64,000 bases of DNA from a virus (taxonomy: Duplodnaviria > Heunggongvirae > Uroviricota > Caudoviricetes): IMG/VR virus record IMGVR_UViG_3300046522_000748. One strand, given 5' to 3'. Shown here piece by piece: positions 45,958-55,104 of the stretch. Position 1 is the stretch's first letter. Each line of letters starts with the position of its first letter. Position numbers and translations under genes: made by a program. The notes under the pieces were generated by a model. The model did not search any database, was not told the origin of the DNA, and was given only the letters and a program-made list of their open reading frames with translations.

Positions 45958-46371
45958 TTAGCGTTGGCCACGGTCTGTCTCCGTATTGAGTTGGCGCAAC
46001 TGTTTAAGAACGGCAAGGCTGTGTGCCCTGTCTGCAATGTCCGGCAGTCGCGTCATCAGCACCTCGTAATCAACGTCGGCGCTGGCCCGGCAATCGAGAT
46101 ACTCGGACAAAGGAACGGCAAACGGGCGATCCCCCACAAATCGAATATACTGGCCGGGTGTTTTTGCGCCCAGCACTTCAACGCCGTATTTCTGCACATA
46201 GGCGTAGTAATCAGACTTGCTCTTCACGATGTCCCAGGCTTCAGACAGGCTCCATGGATTACCATCCGTAGCGCTGCCGATATTTTTGAGCAGCACCTGA
46301 GGCTGGGCGTTGAAGTCTTCTTCATCGTCGAACGACGCCAGTACCAATACAATGTGAAAAAAGAGAGACAT
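45958..46371 (-). CDS. hypothetical protein
   Basis: operon packing. Confidence 0.6.
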   Translation of the reverse strand: MSLFFHIVLVLASFDDEEDFNAQPQVLLKNIGSATDGNPWSLSEAWDIVKSKSDYYAYVQKYGVEVLGAKTPGQYIRFVGDRPFAVPLSEYLDCRASADVDYEVLMTRLPDIADRAHSLAVLKQLRQLNTETDRGQR

Positions 46372-46426
46372 AGTGATCACTCAATGGAGAGGTGGTTATT
46401 AGACTCGATGTACAGGCCAGCAGCAA

Positions 46427-46573
46427 TCAATCGCGCAATCGATCCAGTGCATCCTCGATGGCCGCAACTCGCTGGCGGTATTTTTCGTAATACTCGACCG
46501 AGTTGCCCATGTCACTCAGCAACTCCTCGTATTCGGCTTTCAATTTCTCAAGTCGCTTGATCGCTTCGTCCAT
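46427..46573 (-). CDS. 48-aa coiled-coil peptide (MDEAIKRLEKLKAEYEELL...)
   Basis: GGGAG RBS; below the ORF-track size cutoff. Confidence 0.55.
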   Translation of the reverse strand: MDEAIKRLEKLKAEYEELLSDMGNSVEYYEKYRQRVAAIEDALDRLRD

Positions 46574-46633
46574 CGGGCATCTCCCAGAGAATCAAACACA
46601 GCCCACCGCTGGCCAACTTAGGCTGAAAGCCTG

Positions 46634-46903
46634 TTAGCCTTTGGCGATCATCAATACGGGCGCGGCGTCGGTCACGCGAGCCGTTTTGGCTTCAGCACGT
46701 TGCTGGTGCTGATCCAGAAGTTCGGTAAAGCCCTTGATCAGGTGTTCGGCAGACTGGGTATCGACGCCTGCCAGCCGAAGCTCTGTGAGGGCTTTCTCGG
46801 TCATCGCCTGCGCATCGCTACGCAGATGCTTCAGTGTGACCAACGAGCCCTTCAGGCTCGCTTCAGCGCTCTTGCAGACACTTGTTTCATGATTTGAGCA
46901 CAT
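46634..46903 (-). CDS. hypothetical helical protein
   Basis: TAAGGA RBS. Confidence 0.6.
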   Translation of the reverse strand: MCSNHETSVCKSAEASLKGSLVTLKHLRSDAQAMTEKALTELRLAGVDTQSAEHLIKGFTELLDQHQQRAEAKTARVTDAAPVLMIAKG

Positions 46904-46913
46904 TCTCTGATCC

Positions 46914-47210
46914 TTAATTCATTGATCGAAGGGTGTAGCAGTACACCCACTTTGGAAAGCCCATCGAGGCGTCGCCTGGAGGCAGCCCTGTCGCGTGTCG
47001 GGCTAGGTAGCCATCGTTGTACAGTGCGGTGAGATCGCGTCCGAGGTAGGCGCAGCGGGCGGCACCAAACTTCGGTTGAGTGAACGGCAGCTCAAAGGCA
47101 TTGACGTACGCCGCCACGAACTCGGCGTCTAGAATATCGACTGGGCCGGTGTGGTTGATCAGCCAATCCTTAATCCATTCCTGACGAACTTCTGGTTTCG
47201 ATGCCGTCAT
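46914..47210 (-). CDS. hypothetical protein
   Basis: VDILDAEFV...FPKWVYCY; after promoter. Confidence 0.65.
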   Translation of the reverse strand: MTASKPEVRQEWIKDWLINHTGPVDILDAEFVAAYVNAFELPFTQPKFGAARCAYLGRDLTALYNDGYLARHATGLPPGDASMGFPKWVYCYTLRSMN

Positions 47211-47244
47211 CGCTGCTGAATTCCGTATTCGACTTTGAGTGCTC

Positions 47245-47284
47245 AGTATACCCAATCACTGGGCGCTTGTCAATTGTGCTGACA
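47245..47284 (-). promoter_or_regulatory. sigma70 promoter with exact operator (47268-47284)
   Basis: TTGACA-17-TATACT; TGTCA-ATTGTGC-TGACA. Confidence 0.85.
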
Positions 47285-47357
47285 TAATCACGAGCGCGAT
47301 CATCCTGCTTGAAGCAACCATATGAGGTATAATTTAGTTTTATTATATGAGAGTGCT

Positions 47358-47861
47358 ATGAGTTCTGAGCAGGAGATTGGTGTGGGTGCTGTCAGCGTCG
47401 AGCAGTTCATTCAACGGCTGTCAGTTCTAAGTGATCTTTCAGTGGAGCGATTGAATGCAATCGGCTACCGAGGATACGCCTTGAGCTTGCTGAATGAGGG
47501 GCTTTCCCCTGATGCTGATGAGGCGGCGCTGTATCTGGAAGCCGTTGAGAGGCTGAGAACGATGATTCTTGAGGAGATAGGCATCGACCTAATTCAGCAT
47601 GGATTTAAGTTTTCAGTAGGAGGATCTGGGCCGGAGGTTAAGGTGTCCAGGGTATCTACGGTGGGTGGGCTGCCTGGAGTATTGGAATTTTTTCCAGGAG
47701 AGACCTTTGATATGTCCGCTGAATTGCATATTGAGTTTGAGGCTGACAGTGATCTTTTTGAGGTGGTCATTATTGATAAGGCCCCATATTTCTTGGATTA
47801 CACGCCAGCATTAGAGGCTGAGGGTCGTCATCGTCTTGAACGCATACTGGGACTGATATAA
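47358..47861 (+). CDS. acidic hypothetical protein (paralog of 38023..38484)
   Basis: see 38023. Confidence 0.7.
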   Translation: MSSEQEIGVGAVSVEQFIQRLSVLSDLSVERLNAIGYRGYALSLLNEGLSPDADEAALYLEAVERLRTMILEEIGIDLIQHGFKFSVGGSGPEVKVSRVSTVGGLPGVLEFFPGETFDMSAELHIEFEADSDLFEVVIIDKAPYFLDYTPALEAEGRHRLERILGLI

Positions 47862-47867
47862 TTCAAA

Positions 47868-47900
47868 TGAGCACTATAGTGCGTGACACTATAGTGCTCA
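47868..47900. repeat. nested palindrome
   Basis: TGAGCACTATAGTG-CGTGA-CACTATAGTGCTCA; each arm contains the self-palindromic CACTATAGTG. Confidence 0.85.
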
Positions 47901-48057
47901 AACTATGCCCAATAGGGCATGCGTATATTTCCATAGCGGCGCACCATAGTACGCTATAAGTAAAAAAGCTCTCACCAGCAAGGCGCTACGGTTTGCCAGC
48001 CAGCAAAAAGGTGTGCTAGTTTTGTTTCACTCCTACAGTCACCAGAGAATTTCGACA

Positions 48058-49131
48058 ATGCACTGCACCGCCATCTCGATCAACGAGGTAATGGAGTGGG
48101 TCGATATATTCACCTTCGCAACCGGCATCCATCCCTCGCATTCTGCACGGATCTTCGCTGAACTCAGTGATCTGTCGCTGCCCGAGCTTTTTGTGCTTGT
48201 TTCTGAAAGGGAGATGCGGCTTGATCGATTGGAGTTTTCTCCCGAACATAGTGTGTATGAGTCCATTCTTGCAGAAATGGAAAGAGACAGCGACGAAGTA
48301 CTAGAAGATATGGATGAGGATCGCCACGATGAGCGGTTCGAACACTATTCCAATGTATTAGAGTTTCATGGATTTAGTAGCGAACTTATCGATTTCTTTT
48401 TCGAAAATATTAGTCCAACTTCTCAGTATAGATTTTCTCCTGGTAATTATGGTCTAGATAGACTTAGGGAGATCAGAGAGCAGGCATTTAATGAGGATGG
48501 TTTTAATCCTGAAGCATATGATCCTGATTATTGCGAAGATGATGATGATGACATTGAAATCATCAACCATGTTGAGAATGAGCTTCAGCAAATGTTCGAA
48601 GTTGCACAATTGGTACAGCCAGTTGATCCTACAGGTTGGATGGCTGTTGTAAAATTCCTGGGCTTGTCGCTCGCAACAGGCGTGGAAGTGATTAAAACGG
48701 ATATCGGTTTAAGCATGTTCCATCTCTCTGCCAAAGAAGGACAGCCAATTCCGGTCTTTATTCTCAACGTTGGTCATAGGCCTTTTGATGAGGATAGCCA
48801 AGTACTTGCCTTTGCAAAACAAACCATTGAAAACAAAGCAGTGGAGCTTGGTAATCCACGGGCCATCGTATTTTTCCGATGTCCCGGAAAGGTTAAAGAT
48901 TTGCGGCGTGGGGATAGCTTGACGTTTTGGGGCCAAACACTCGTGAATGGCGGCTGGAGTGAGATGGTGCTCCACGGTCAATCACGAAGTGTGGAGCGAA
49001 TCATTCAGGATGCCAAATTTATTTCTCGTGATCCCCATGGCTTCAATTGGGGTGATTACTGCGATCTGAATGATGTCGTCTTCAATGAGTTTGCAAAATT
49101 TAATGAGGGCGAATGGGATGTTCCGCGATAG
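48058..49131 (+). CDS. acidic hypothetical protein
   Basis: 357 aa, Asp/Glu-rich, followed by terminator. Confidence 0.7.
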   Translation: MHCTAISINEVMEWVDIFTFATGIHPSHSARIFAELSDLSLPELFVLVSEREMRLDRLEFSPEHSVYESILAEMERDSDEVLEDMDEDRHDERFEHYSNVLEFHGFSSELIDFFFENISPTSQYRFSPGNYGLDRLREIREQAFNEDGFNPEAYDPDYCEDDDDDIEIINHVENELQQMFEVAQLVQPVDPTGWMAVVKFLGLSLATGVEVIKTDIGLSMFHLSAKEGQPIPVFILNVGHRPFDEDSQVLAFAKQTIENKAVELGNPRAIVFFRCPGKVKDLRRGDSLTFWGQTLVNGGWSEMVLHGQSRSVERIIQDAKFISRDPHGFNWGDYCDLNDVVFNEFAKFNEGEWDVPR

Positions 49132-49132
49132 A

Positions 49133-49159
49133 AAAAGCCCGCTCTAAGCGGGCTTTTTT
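49133..49159. terminator. bidirectional terminator
   Basis: AAAAGCCCGC-TCTAA-GCGGGCTTTT between convergent genes. Confidence 0.8.
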
Positions 49160-49172
49160 AATACATCTGAGT

Positions 49173-49430
49173 TTATGCCTTTGCCATCCAGGCTTTCAGT
49201 GTTTCGTCGTCGAACTCGGTAGGTACACCGAGCTTGTCAAATTCGTCGCTCAGGGCCTTGAGTCTGTCCAGGTGATCCTCAGGATCAAGCACTGTCCCAG
49301 GTGCCAGAAAGGATGGGAAGATGTCCATCGCCACCCCAATCATGTTCTCGGCTTTCTCAGGGTACTTGAGACCCAAAGCATTGAAGCGTTTGCCGAGTTT
49401 TTCCATGCCTTCTTGAACGCGAGTATCCAT
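49173..49430 (-). CDS. hypothetical protein
   Basis: GGAG RBS. Confidence 0.65.
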   Translation of the reverse strand: MDTRVQEGMEKLGKRFNALGLKYPEKAENMIGVAMDIFPSFLAPGTVLDPEDHLDRLKALSDEFDKLGVPTEFDDETLKAWMAKA

Positions 49431-49496
49431 TGTCTTCTCCGTAATGTTGTTTTTACCAAAAACCCCGGAAGGCCGGGGTTTGGAAGGCTGAATTGC

Positions 49497-50081
49497 TCAG
49501 GGCATCATGCCGATGATGATTGCCCAATAGATGCCGAGCATAATGATCGTAGTGATGCTCCAGCCGATTGCTGAGGCATCCATCTGCCCCCAGTTCGCGT
49601 AACGAACCACCTCTTTTTTGGTGGGTCGTCTCAGAAAGCCGATGCCTTCAATAACCTCGACGCGATCAAACCAAAATCGGCGGTTGAGCTTTATGACGGC
49701 GTAGGTCAGAAGGATGCCTACACCGGCCCCCAAGATGCTTTTACCCAGTACCATCCAGATCAGGGTTACTGCCGTCAATATGCCCGCAGGACTCGCCAGA
49801 AACTCATTAACGCTGCTGCCGACTTCGTTGGCGGCGATGCCAAGCGCCTTGGCGAACTCCTGAGAGATCTTTGCCCACTCGGAGACATCATCGCGAGTGA
49901 TTTGTGGAACAGCGGCAATCACAGGTGCGGGAGGCTGAGTTTTTAGATCGAGCTTCATCTGTTCGCACTTGACCTTCAGTTCTTGAACCATCGCTTCTGG
50001 TAGGTCGCTGCGAACAATATCGCACGCGAATGTGGGCATCGACATGACTGTCAAAATCAACGCAAACAGGTACTTTCTCAC
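49497..50081 (-). CDS. membrane protein with signal peptide (phage-type)
   Basis: AAGGA RBS, GTG start; W..I..FAKALGIAANEVG.SVNEFL.SPAG. Confidence 0.7.
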   Translation of the reverse strand: MRKYLFALILTVMSMPTFACDIVRSDLPEAMVQELKVKCEQMKLDLKTQPPAPVIAAVPQITRDDVSEWAKISQEFAKALGIAANEVGSSVNEFLASPAGILTAVTLIWMVLGKSILGAGVGILLTYAVIKLNRRFWFDRVEVIEGIGFLRRPTKKEVVRYANWGQMDASAIGWSITTIIMLGIYWAIIIGMMP

Positions 50082-50220
50082 TGAAATATCCTTCGGGCGA
50101 TTTGGCCAAATAACCAGAGTAATACTCTCTATCAGCCACATTGTTTGATGCTTATTATATTTGCAATCAATAATTTGTCAAACGAATAAACAGCCTTTCA
50201 AGGGTTTCACCCTGTGACAT

Positions 50221-50337
50221 TTACAGAGTTTTTTGAAACTCAAAAGCAGCAAATGCCAACAGTGAGAAGAGCCCCATCCAGCCGATGGTTTGGAAGAGTT
50301 TTCCATATTCAGTTTCGTGTTGTTTGGGTTTGGTCAT
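50221..50337 (-). CDS. 38-aa single-TM peptide
   Basis: ATGA overlap with 50334..51062; MTKPKQHETEYGKLFQTIGWMGLFSLLAFAAF... Confidence 0.45.
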   Translation of the reverse strand: MTKPKQHETEYGKLFQTIGWMGLFSLLAFAAFEFQKTL

Positions 50338-51062
50338 GGCTTGGTCTCGCTTTGCGATTGACGCTGGCGTGCGATGGGCACACGGACTCTGCTCATGGGG
50401 TCTGGAAAGCGCCTCTCATCACCAAACACCCACTCGGGGTAGAACCGGCTGGCCAGCGTGGTGGTGAGCTTGAACACTTTTCCTACGGGGATTGTGATGT
50501 CGCCTGTATGCTCATCCCCAAATGAGCGATACGGAACGTCTGGGTTGCCGATAAACATGATTCGACGCTGAATAAAGTCATTGGCGTCAAACATGGCGAG
50601 CATCTGTTCTTGTTTGGTGTTTCGGGCCTTTAGATGCGGGTGTTCGTTTGTAATCCAGCCGCAGTTGGGGATTTTTGGGTATTGTTCAGCGCTGACAATC
50701 GTGATCTGATCGCCCTCTTTGAGGCCCTGGAAATCCTGCTCATGTCCGGGTTTTTGTTCGTCGTACCAGCTTTCCTTTACCACCTGCCAAACATCACCAG
50801 CCTGAAACAGGTTGCTGAACATTTGATGGCGTTTTGCGCAGACCTTGCCCTTGAGCACTCCTATAATGAAATCCCGGAGTTCACGTTGTGCATGATGATG
50901 GCAAGCAAGTTCTTGCTCCTGCGCGCTGATCACAAATTCCGGCACGCCTGGAAACTTGATTTGCACGTTGCCGTTGGCATCTGGGGTGGCGTATGTGAAG
51001 CCATTAGGCTCACAATCGACCGTAATGCGTATGCCATCAACGGTGGTGAATATGGTTGGCAA
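50334..51062 (-). CDS. hypothetical protein
   Basis: GGAG RBS, TTG start. Confidence 0.65.
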   Translation of the reverse strand: MPTIFTTVDGIRITVDCEPNGFTYATPDANGNVQIKFPGVPEFVISAQEQELACHHHAQRELRDFIIGVLKGKVCAKRHQMFSNLFQAGDVWQVVKESWYDEQKPGHEQDFQGLKEGDQITIVSAEQYPKIPNCGWITNEHPHLKARNTKQEQMLAMFDANDFIQRRIMFIGNPDVPYRSFGDEHTGDITIPVGKVFKLTTTLASRFYPEWVFGDERRFPDPMSRVRVPIARQRQSQSETKP

Positions 51063-51127
51063 GACTAAAGGCTCCAGTTAAAGAGTGGCGTGTCGCATAA
51101 TATTGATTTTACTAACCCTACAATGGG

Positions 51128-51250
51128 GGTGAGTTCCAAACTTGTCCAGCGTCGTTCCTAAAGCAGAACTCACATGCTTTCTGACGCTTCGGCGCTGGAC
51201 AAGCTCACCTGAAGTATCTCAGGCAATATCCCGTGAAAAGTTTCACGCAT
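51128..51250 (-). ncRNA. candidate structured leader or small RNA
   Basis: three stems incl. 11-bp CTTGTCCAGCG/CGCTGGACAAG; promoter TTGACT-17-TATTAT at 51258-51286. Confidence 0.5.
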
Positions 51251-51300
51251 TACAGATATAATAATGATCAAACTTTTTACAGTCAAGTCACATGCTGACT

Positions 51301-51765
51301 TCAGCAGAGCTTACTCAGGACTGAACACAAATAATTTGGTCGAATGTAATGCAGGTGGTCATCCTCGACGTTGTGGACGACGGGTAGGCCGCTAGAGTTG
51401 TCCATCATGTAACTGTGATCGTCGCGGATTAGCCAGAGGAAGGTGGTGAGCTGTGTCAGCCCAGCAATCGTACTGAGGTCGGTCAGCCCACCAAACACAT
51501 TGGCAAACATCTGATGGAAAATGACGGGCTCATCGTGCGAGAGAATCAATAGCTTGATGACGGCCTTGTCGTAGTTGCTGTAATCAATGTTGACTGCGCC
51601 CTTGAGCACTTCGCCCATCACCGCCTCGCGCAGCTGCTGGAGGCTGGAGGCAATCGCCGTCATGTTTTCCTGATACTCACCCTGTCGATACAGCTCGGGA
51701 TCAAGCTGACAGTCGGTGCTGAGCTGTTCAATAATCTGAAGGGCGCGGGATTTTTGATCGCTCAT
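51301..51765 (-). CDS. hypothetical protein
   Basis: after promoter. Confidence 0.7.
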   Translation of the reverse strand: MSDQKSRALQIIEQLSTDCQLDPELYRQGEYQENMTAIASSLQQLREAVMGEVLKGAVNIDYSNYDKAVIKLLILSHDEPVIFHQMFANVFGGLTDLSTIAGLTQLTTFLWLIRDDHSYMMDNSSGLPVVHNVEDDHLHYIRPNYLCSVLSKLC

Positions 51766-51791
51766 GATGCGTACTCTTGTTTAATGACACG

Positions 51792-51831
51792 ATCATACCG
51801 CGCCCAGGACAAATTGTCAATGTCAGTGACG
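51792..51831 (-). promoter_or_regulatory. sigma70 promoter with 1-mismatch operator TGTCA-N7-TGACG
   Basis: TTGACA-17-TATGAT. Confidence 0.8.
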
Positions 51832-52047
51832 CTCTGGCAATTGACCAATCTCATCGATGATCTGTTGCGTCAGTACGTCATTGAAAGGTGCGTTATAGCC
51901 GTTGGCCTGCACGCTCCGCAAAAGCTTGGCCAGCCGAGTTGATCGGCCTTGTTCTTGCTGGAGCAGCCACAGCGCCCTCTCCAGCTTGGTTTCGGCGCTT
52001 TCCTCTTGGGCATCTGGCGCCTGTGATTTCATGGATGGAGTGGGCAT
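51823..52047 (-). CDS. hypothetical protein
   Basis: TAAGGAG RBS. Confidence 0.6.
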   Translation of the reverse strand: MPTPSMKSQAPDAQEESAETKLERALWLLQQEQGRSTRLAKLLRSVQANGYNAPFNDVLTQQIIDEIGQLPERH

Positions 52048-52057
52048 TAGATGCTCC

Positions 52058-52618
52058 TTATTCGATGTAGAAGGGGAGCAGAGATTCAAGTTGTGAGAAC
52101 TGCTCCAGGGCCGTAAAGCTCTGCATCTGAGTGACGCCCTTGATCAGGTTTTGAAGTTCCTGGCGCCATGGAGTGTCGTGCCTCAACTGCCACACTTCCC
52201 ACATGGTATTGATCACTGGCAGAAATTTTACGGCGAGAAAGCGCGTATTTTCTCTGACTTCATGTCGTGCAAGGTACACGTCTTGTTTAAGTTTAATAAC
52301 CGGATCAGTGGACTCCAGCACTATCTCTTCACACAAGGTTACGTGGGTTACATTTGGGTTGGCTTGCACTGGTCTGGGGCGCATCAGCATTTCCAGATTG
52401 ACCGTGCGCATGGCGATAAGCTTCTGGTCATCGGGTTTTATCATTTTAAACCCGCCATCACGTTGGCTGTCGATGAGAAAGTCCAGCATCCACGACATGA
52501 AACGTTTTTGATGTTCAGCTGCTGTTCTCACCAGAGCAAGATCGGCTTCCAATTGCTGGATTATCATCGGTGACGGTGAATGTTTATCAGCGTCGATGGG
52601 GGCTAGGTATCCAGTCAT
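52058..52618 (-). CDS. hypothetical protein
   Basis: TAATG overlap. Confidence 0.65.
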   Translation of the reverse strand: MTGYLAPIDADKHSPSPMIIQQLEADLALVRTAAEHQKRFMSWMLDFLIDSQRDGGFKMIKPDDQKLIAMRTVNLEMLMRPRPVQANPNVTHVTLCEEIVLESTDPVIKLKQDVYLARHEVRENTRFLAVKFLPVINTMWEVWQLRHDTPWRQELQNLIKGVTQMQSFTALEQFSQLESLLPFYIE

Positions 52619-53097
52619 TAGGACACCAGACCTGCCAATGCTTCCACTTCAAGGAAGATGGAATACGGAATCGATTCGGCATCTTCGTCGTCAGTGCGCG
52701 CCAGTGTAATCAGGCATTCTTCGCGCCGAACAATTTCAAAGGCCACACCGTCACTCAGATCTTCCACAAGGCCCAACATCACACTCAGTTCAAGGTAAGA
52801 ACCGGGTTTGTAATCAAAATGACCCATGCCCTCTACCAATACCGCGTACCAATCTGGCGCACCGTTACTGAGGCACAGCAGTTCGACTAGCATTTCCGAG
52901 CAATATTGCCAATCTTCTGGCGAATTTTTGATATCGCGCTCAATTACGCCGCGCATACGCGCAGTCAGAGATGGGATTTGTTCCAGGCCGATCAGATCCT
53001 TATCCAGCATGGCCTGATCCAACAGCGCTTTTTCTCTTTTCTCAAGAATACGCAGCGCTTCGTATTTGCGGTTTTCAGATTTCCGTGATGTCATCAT
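52618..53097 (-). CDS. hypothetical protein (tandem paralog of 53108..53482)
   Basis: REKALLDQA..IPSL..RMRGVIE..LVELLC..PDWY. Confidence 0.7.
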   Translation of the reverse strand: MMTSRKSENRKYEALRILEKREKALLDQAMLDKDLIGLEQIPSLTARMRGVIERDIKNSPEDWQYCSEMLVELLCLSNGAPDWYAVLVEGMGHFDYKPGSYLELSVMLGLVEDLSDGVAFEIVRREECLITLARTDDEDAESIPYSIFLEVEALAGLVS

Positions 53098-53107
53098 CGT
53101 ATCCAGG

Positions 53108-53482
53108 TCAGTGCAATTTTTTGAGTTGTTGCTGGCGAATCTGGAGTTCCTGCATACTGATATCCTGGACATAATCCAGAATCAGCTCAAGACCAGCATA
53201 AGTCTCTGGCCCGTAATAATCATCCACACATTTTTGCATCAACAGCTTGTACATGTCGGGGTAATCAGCGCCCGTGCAGAGCAGTTCAATCAAAAAATCG
53301 GAGCCAAATAGACCTTCATTACCGTGTTCCAGAACTGAACGCATGCGCTGTATTAGCTCAGGAATGGCCTTTATGGCTGGCTGATCACCTTCTTGCTCGG
53401 CAGCTTCCAACAACACTTTTTCCCGCTGATTAAGAAAGTTGTGGGCAATCTCTTTTCGTCTTTCTCGCAAGGTCTGCGTCAT
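53108..53482 (-). CDS. hypothetical protein (tandem paralog of 52618..53097)
   Basis: REKVLLEAA..IPEL..RMRSVLE..LIELLC..PDMY. Confidence 0.7.
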   Translation of the reverse strand: MTQTLRERRKEIAHNFLNQREKVLLEAAEQEGDQPAIKAIPELIQRMRSVLEHGNEGLFGSDFLIELLCTGADYPDMYKLLMQKCVDDYYGPETYAGLELILDYVQDISMQELQIRQQQLKKLH

Positions 53483-53550
53483 TACGGCTCCCTAATTCAA
53501 GATCAGCCATTTTCGTTCGAATATTTGTTAAACGCAACTCGCTCTGTGAT

Positions 53551-53988
53551 CTACTTCGCTATGTGCTGAAAAAAAAGATTGGCGGCTCGGGTGATATAAA
53601 GCCACTCCGTTTCACTGGCGCCTTTGATCAGCACCTCTCGGACTGTCATTTCCCTGCCGTCACCAACAATCTCATCCAACAAGAACAGCAGGACATTGAA
53701 GTCGCCTTCTTTTCCGTCAAAGAGCTGGATGAATTCTGCCAGTCGATCAAGTGGCTTGCCATGATGAAACTGGCAGCCGGGAATCAGCTCAGAGCCGTCT
53801 GCATTGGTGTAGGAAAGCAGCTCTTTGCGAGCAACACGTTCGCTTACGTCTGCTGAAGTTATCGACAACAACGCAGCGGCCTGCGTAAACGTCAGCAGTC
53901 CATGGTTCATTTGAATATAGGCATCAAGATTGAGCTTTGCTTGAGCGCGCTTCAGCAGTTTGTCTTCTGTACGGCTTTCTATGGACAT
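53551..53988 (-). CDS. putative HTH DNA-binding or antitoxin-like protein
   Basis: GLLTFTQAAALLSITSADVSERV..LL....PGCQF. Confidence 0.6.
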   Translation of the reverse strand: MSIESRTEDKLLKRAQAKLNLDAYIQMNHGLLTFTQAAALLSITSADVSERVARKELLSYTNADGSELIPGCQFHHGKPLDRLAEFIQLFDGKEGDFNVLLFLLDEIVGDGREMTVREVLIKGASETEWLYITRAANLFFQHIAK

Positions 53989-54032
53989 GATGTGCTCTTA
54001 ATAATTGGAAAACTACGTTTAGATATTTAAAC

Positions 54033-54070
54033 AAACCCCGATTACTGCATGATTACCGTAATCGGGGTTT
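54033..54070. repeat. 13-bp inverted repeat (terminator or operator)
   Basis: AAACCCCGATTAC-N12-GTAATCGGGGTTT. Confidence 0.7.
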
Positions 54071-54150
54071 GGGGTGTTTCTAATCCATCATCGGGGCCTT
54101 TAAGAAAAACAACTTTACCGTTTCACGAAGAGGCCCAGCGGGTGGCTGGG

Positions 54151-55104
54151 TTAGGAGAACCGCCCAAGGCTGTCATCGGTCGCGATATTGGCGATTTCGA
54201 CTGCCGCAACGCCACCCAGGACTGCTGCGCCTGCCATTGAGGCCGCAGAGGCGAGCGAGGCGCTGCCGCTGTTGTCAGATGGGCTCTGGAAGGAATCGCT
54301 GTCTTGAGACGTGCTGTAGTCGCTGGAGGCACCACCGCCGCCGAAGCCGCCACCTTGGCCACGGAAAACCTCGGTTTCGGTTTCAACCTGACGCGCAGGT
54401 TCGGTTACCACGTCAATCAGCAGCGTGCGCATGGAGGTCGGAATACCGGTCACCATGTACAGCAGCAAGTCATCATCGCTGGTACGACCGGTGGCGTAGT
54501 TCGACGAGCTTGAGCTGAAGGAACTGACGTGCGCAGACGGACGTTTGTGAGCCGGAACGTGGCCAGCGCGCACCGTCTTGTTGATCTGAGTGATTTGCTC
54601 ACGCAGCTGTACCGGAATGGGCGCAGTGCTCTTGCGAGCTTGCTGCATCAGCTTCAGCAGTTCGCGGGTTTCGCTGCTTTGCTTGTTTAGCGAGGTCTTC
54701 TGCGCTGCCAACTGCGACAGATCTACGTCCATCGCACGCAATTGGCCGTATTTAGCCTGATCCAGATAGCTGGCAAGGCGTGTTTGCAGCAGTGCCAGTT
54801 TCTGGCGGTAGGCTTTACCGGCGAAAAGGCCGAAGATTTTTTCGTTGTCAGCAAAACCTTCCTTAACCGCCGAGGTTACGAACGCAGGAACCTCTTCGCG
54901 CAGCAGCTTCAACACCGAACCAGAAACTGCTGGAAGCAAGCGCTCCACCGTTTCGGTCAGGTATGTTTTGCGCTGACGGGTCACATCCTTGATCGTTTCG
55001 TCCGTGGCGTCGATGCGGCGCTCAATTGCTTCGGCTGCCCGCGACAGAGCCGATACGGCTTCGTCCAGATCTTTGTTGTTTGTGTCTACCATGAGGGACT
55101 CCAT
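54151..55104 (-). CDS. coiled-coil protein with Gly/Ser-rich tail
   Basis: TAATG coupling to upstream gene; GQGGGFGGGGAS. Confidence 0.7.
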   Translation of the reverse strand: MESLMVDTNNKDLDEAVSALSRAAEAIERRIDATDETIKDVTRQRKTYLTETVERLLPAVSGSVLKLLREEVPAFVTSAVKEGFADNEKIFGLFAGKAYRQKLALLQTRLASYLDQAKYGQLRAMDVDLSQLAAQKTSLNKQSSETRELLKLMQQARKSTAPIPVQLREQITQINKTVRAGHVPAHKRPSAHVSSFSSSSSNYATGRTSDDDLLLYMVTGIPTSMRTLLIDVVTEPARQVETETEVFRGQGGGFGGGGASSDYSTSQDSDSFQSPSDNSGSASLASAASMAGAAVLGGVAAVEIANIATDDSLGRFS

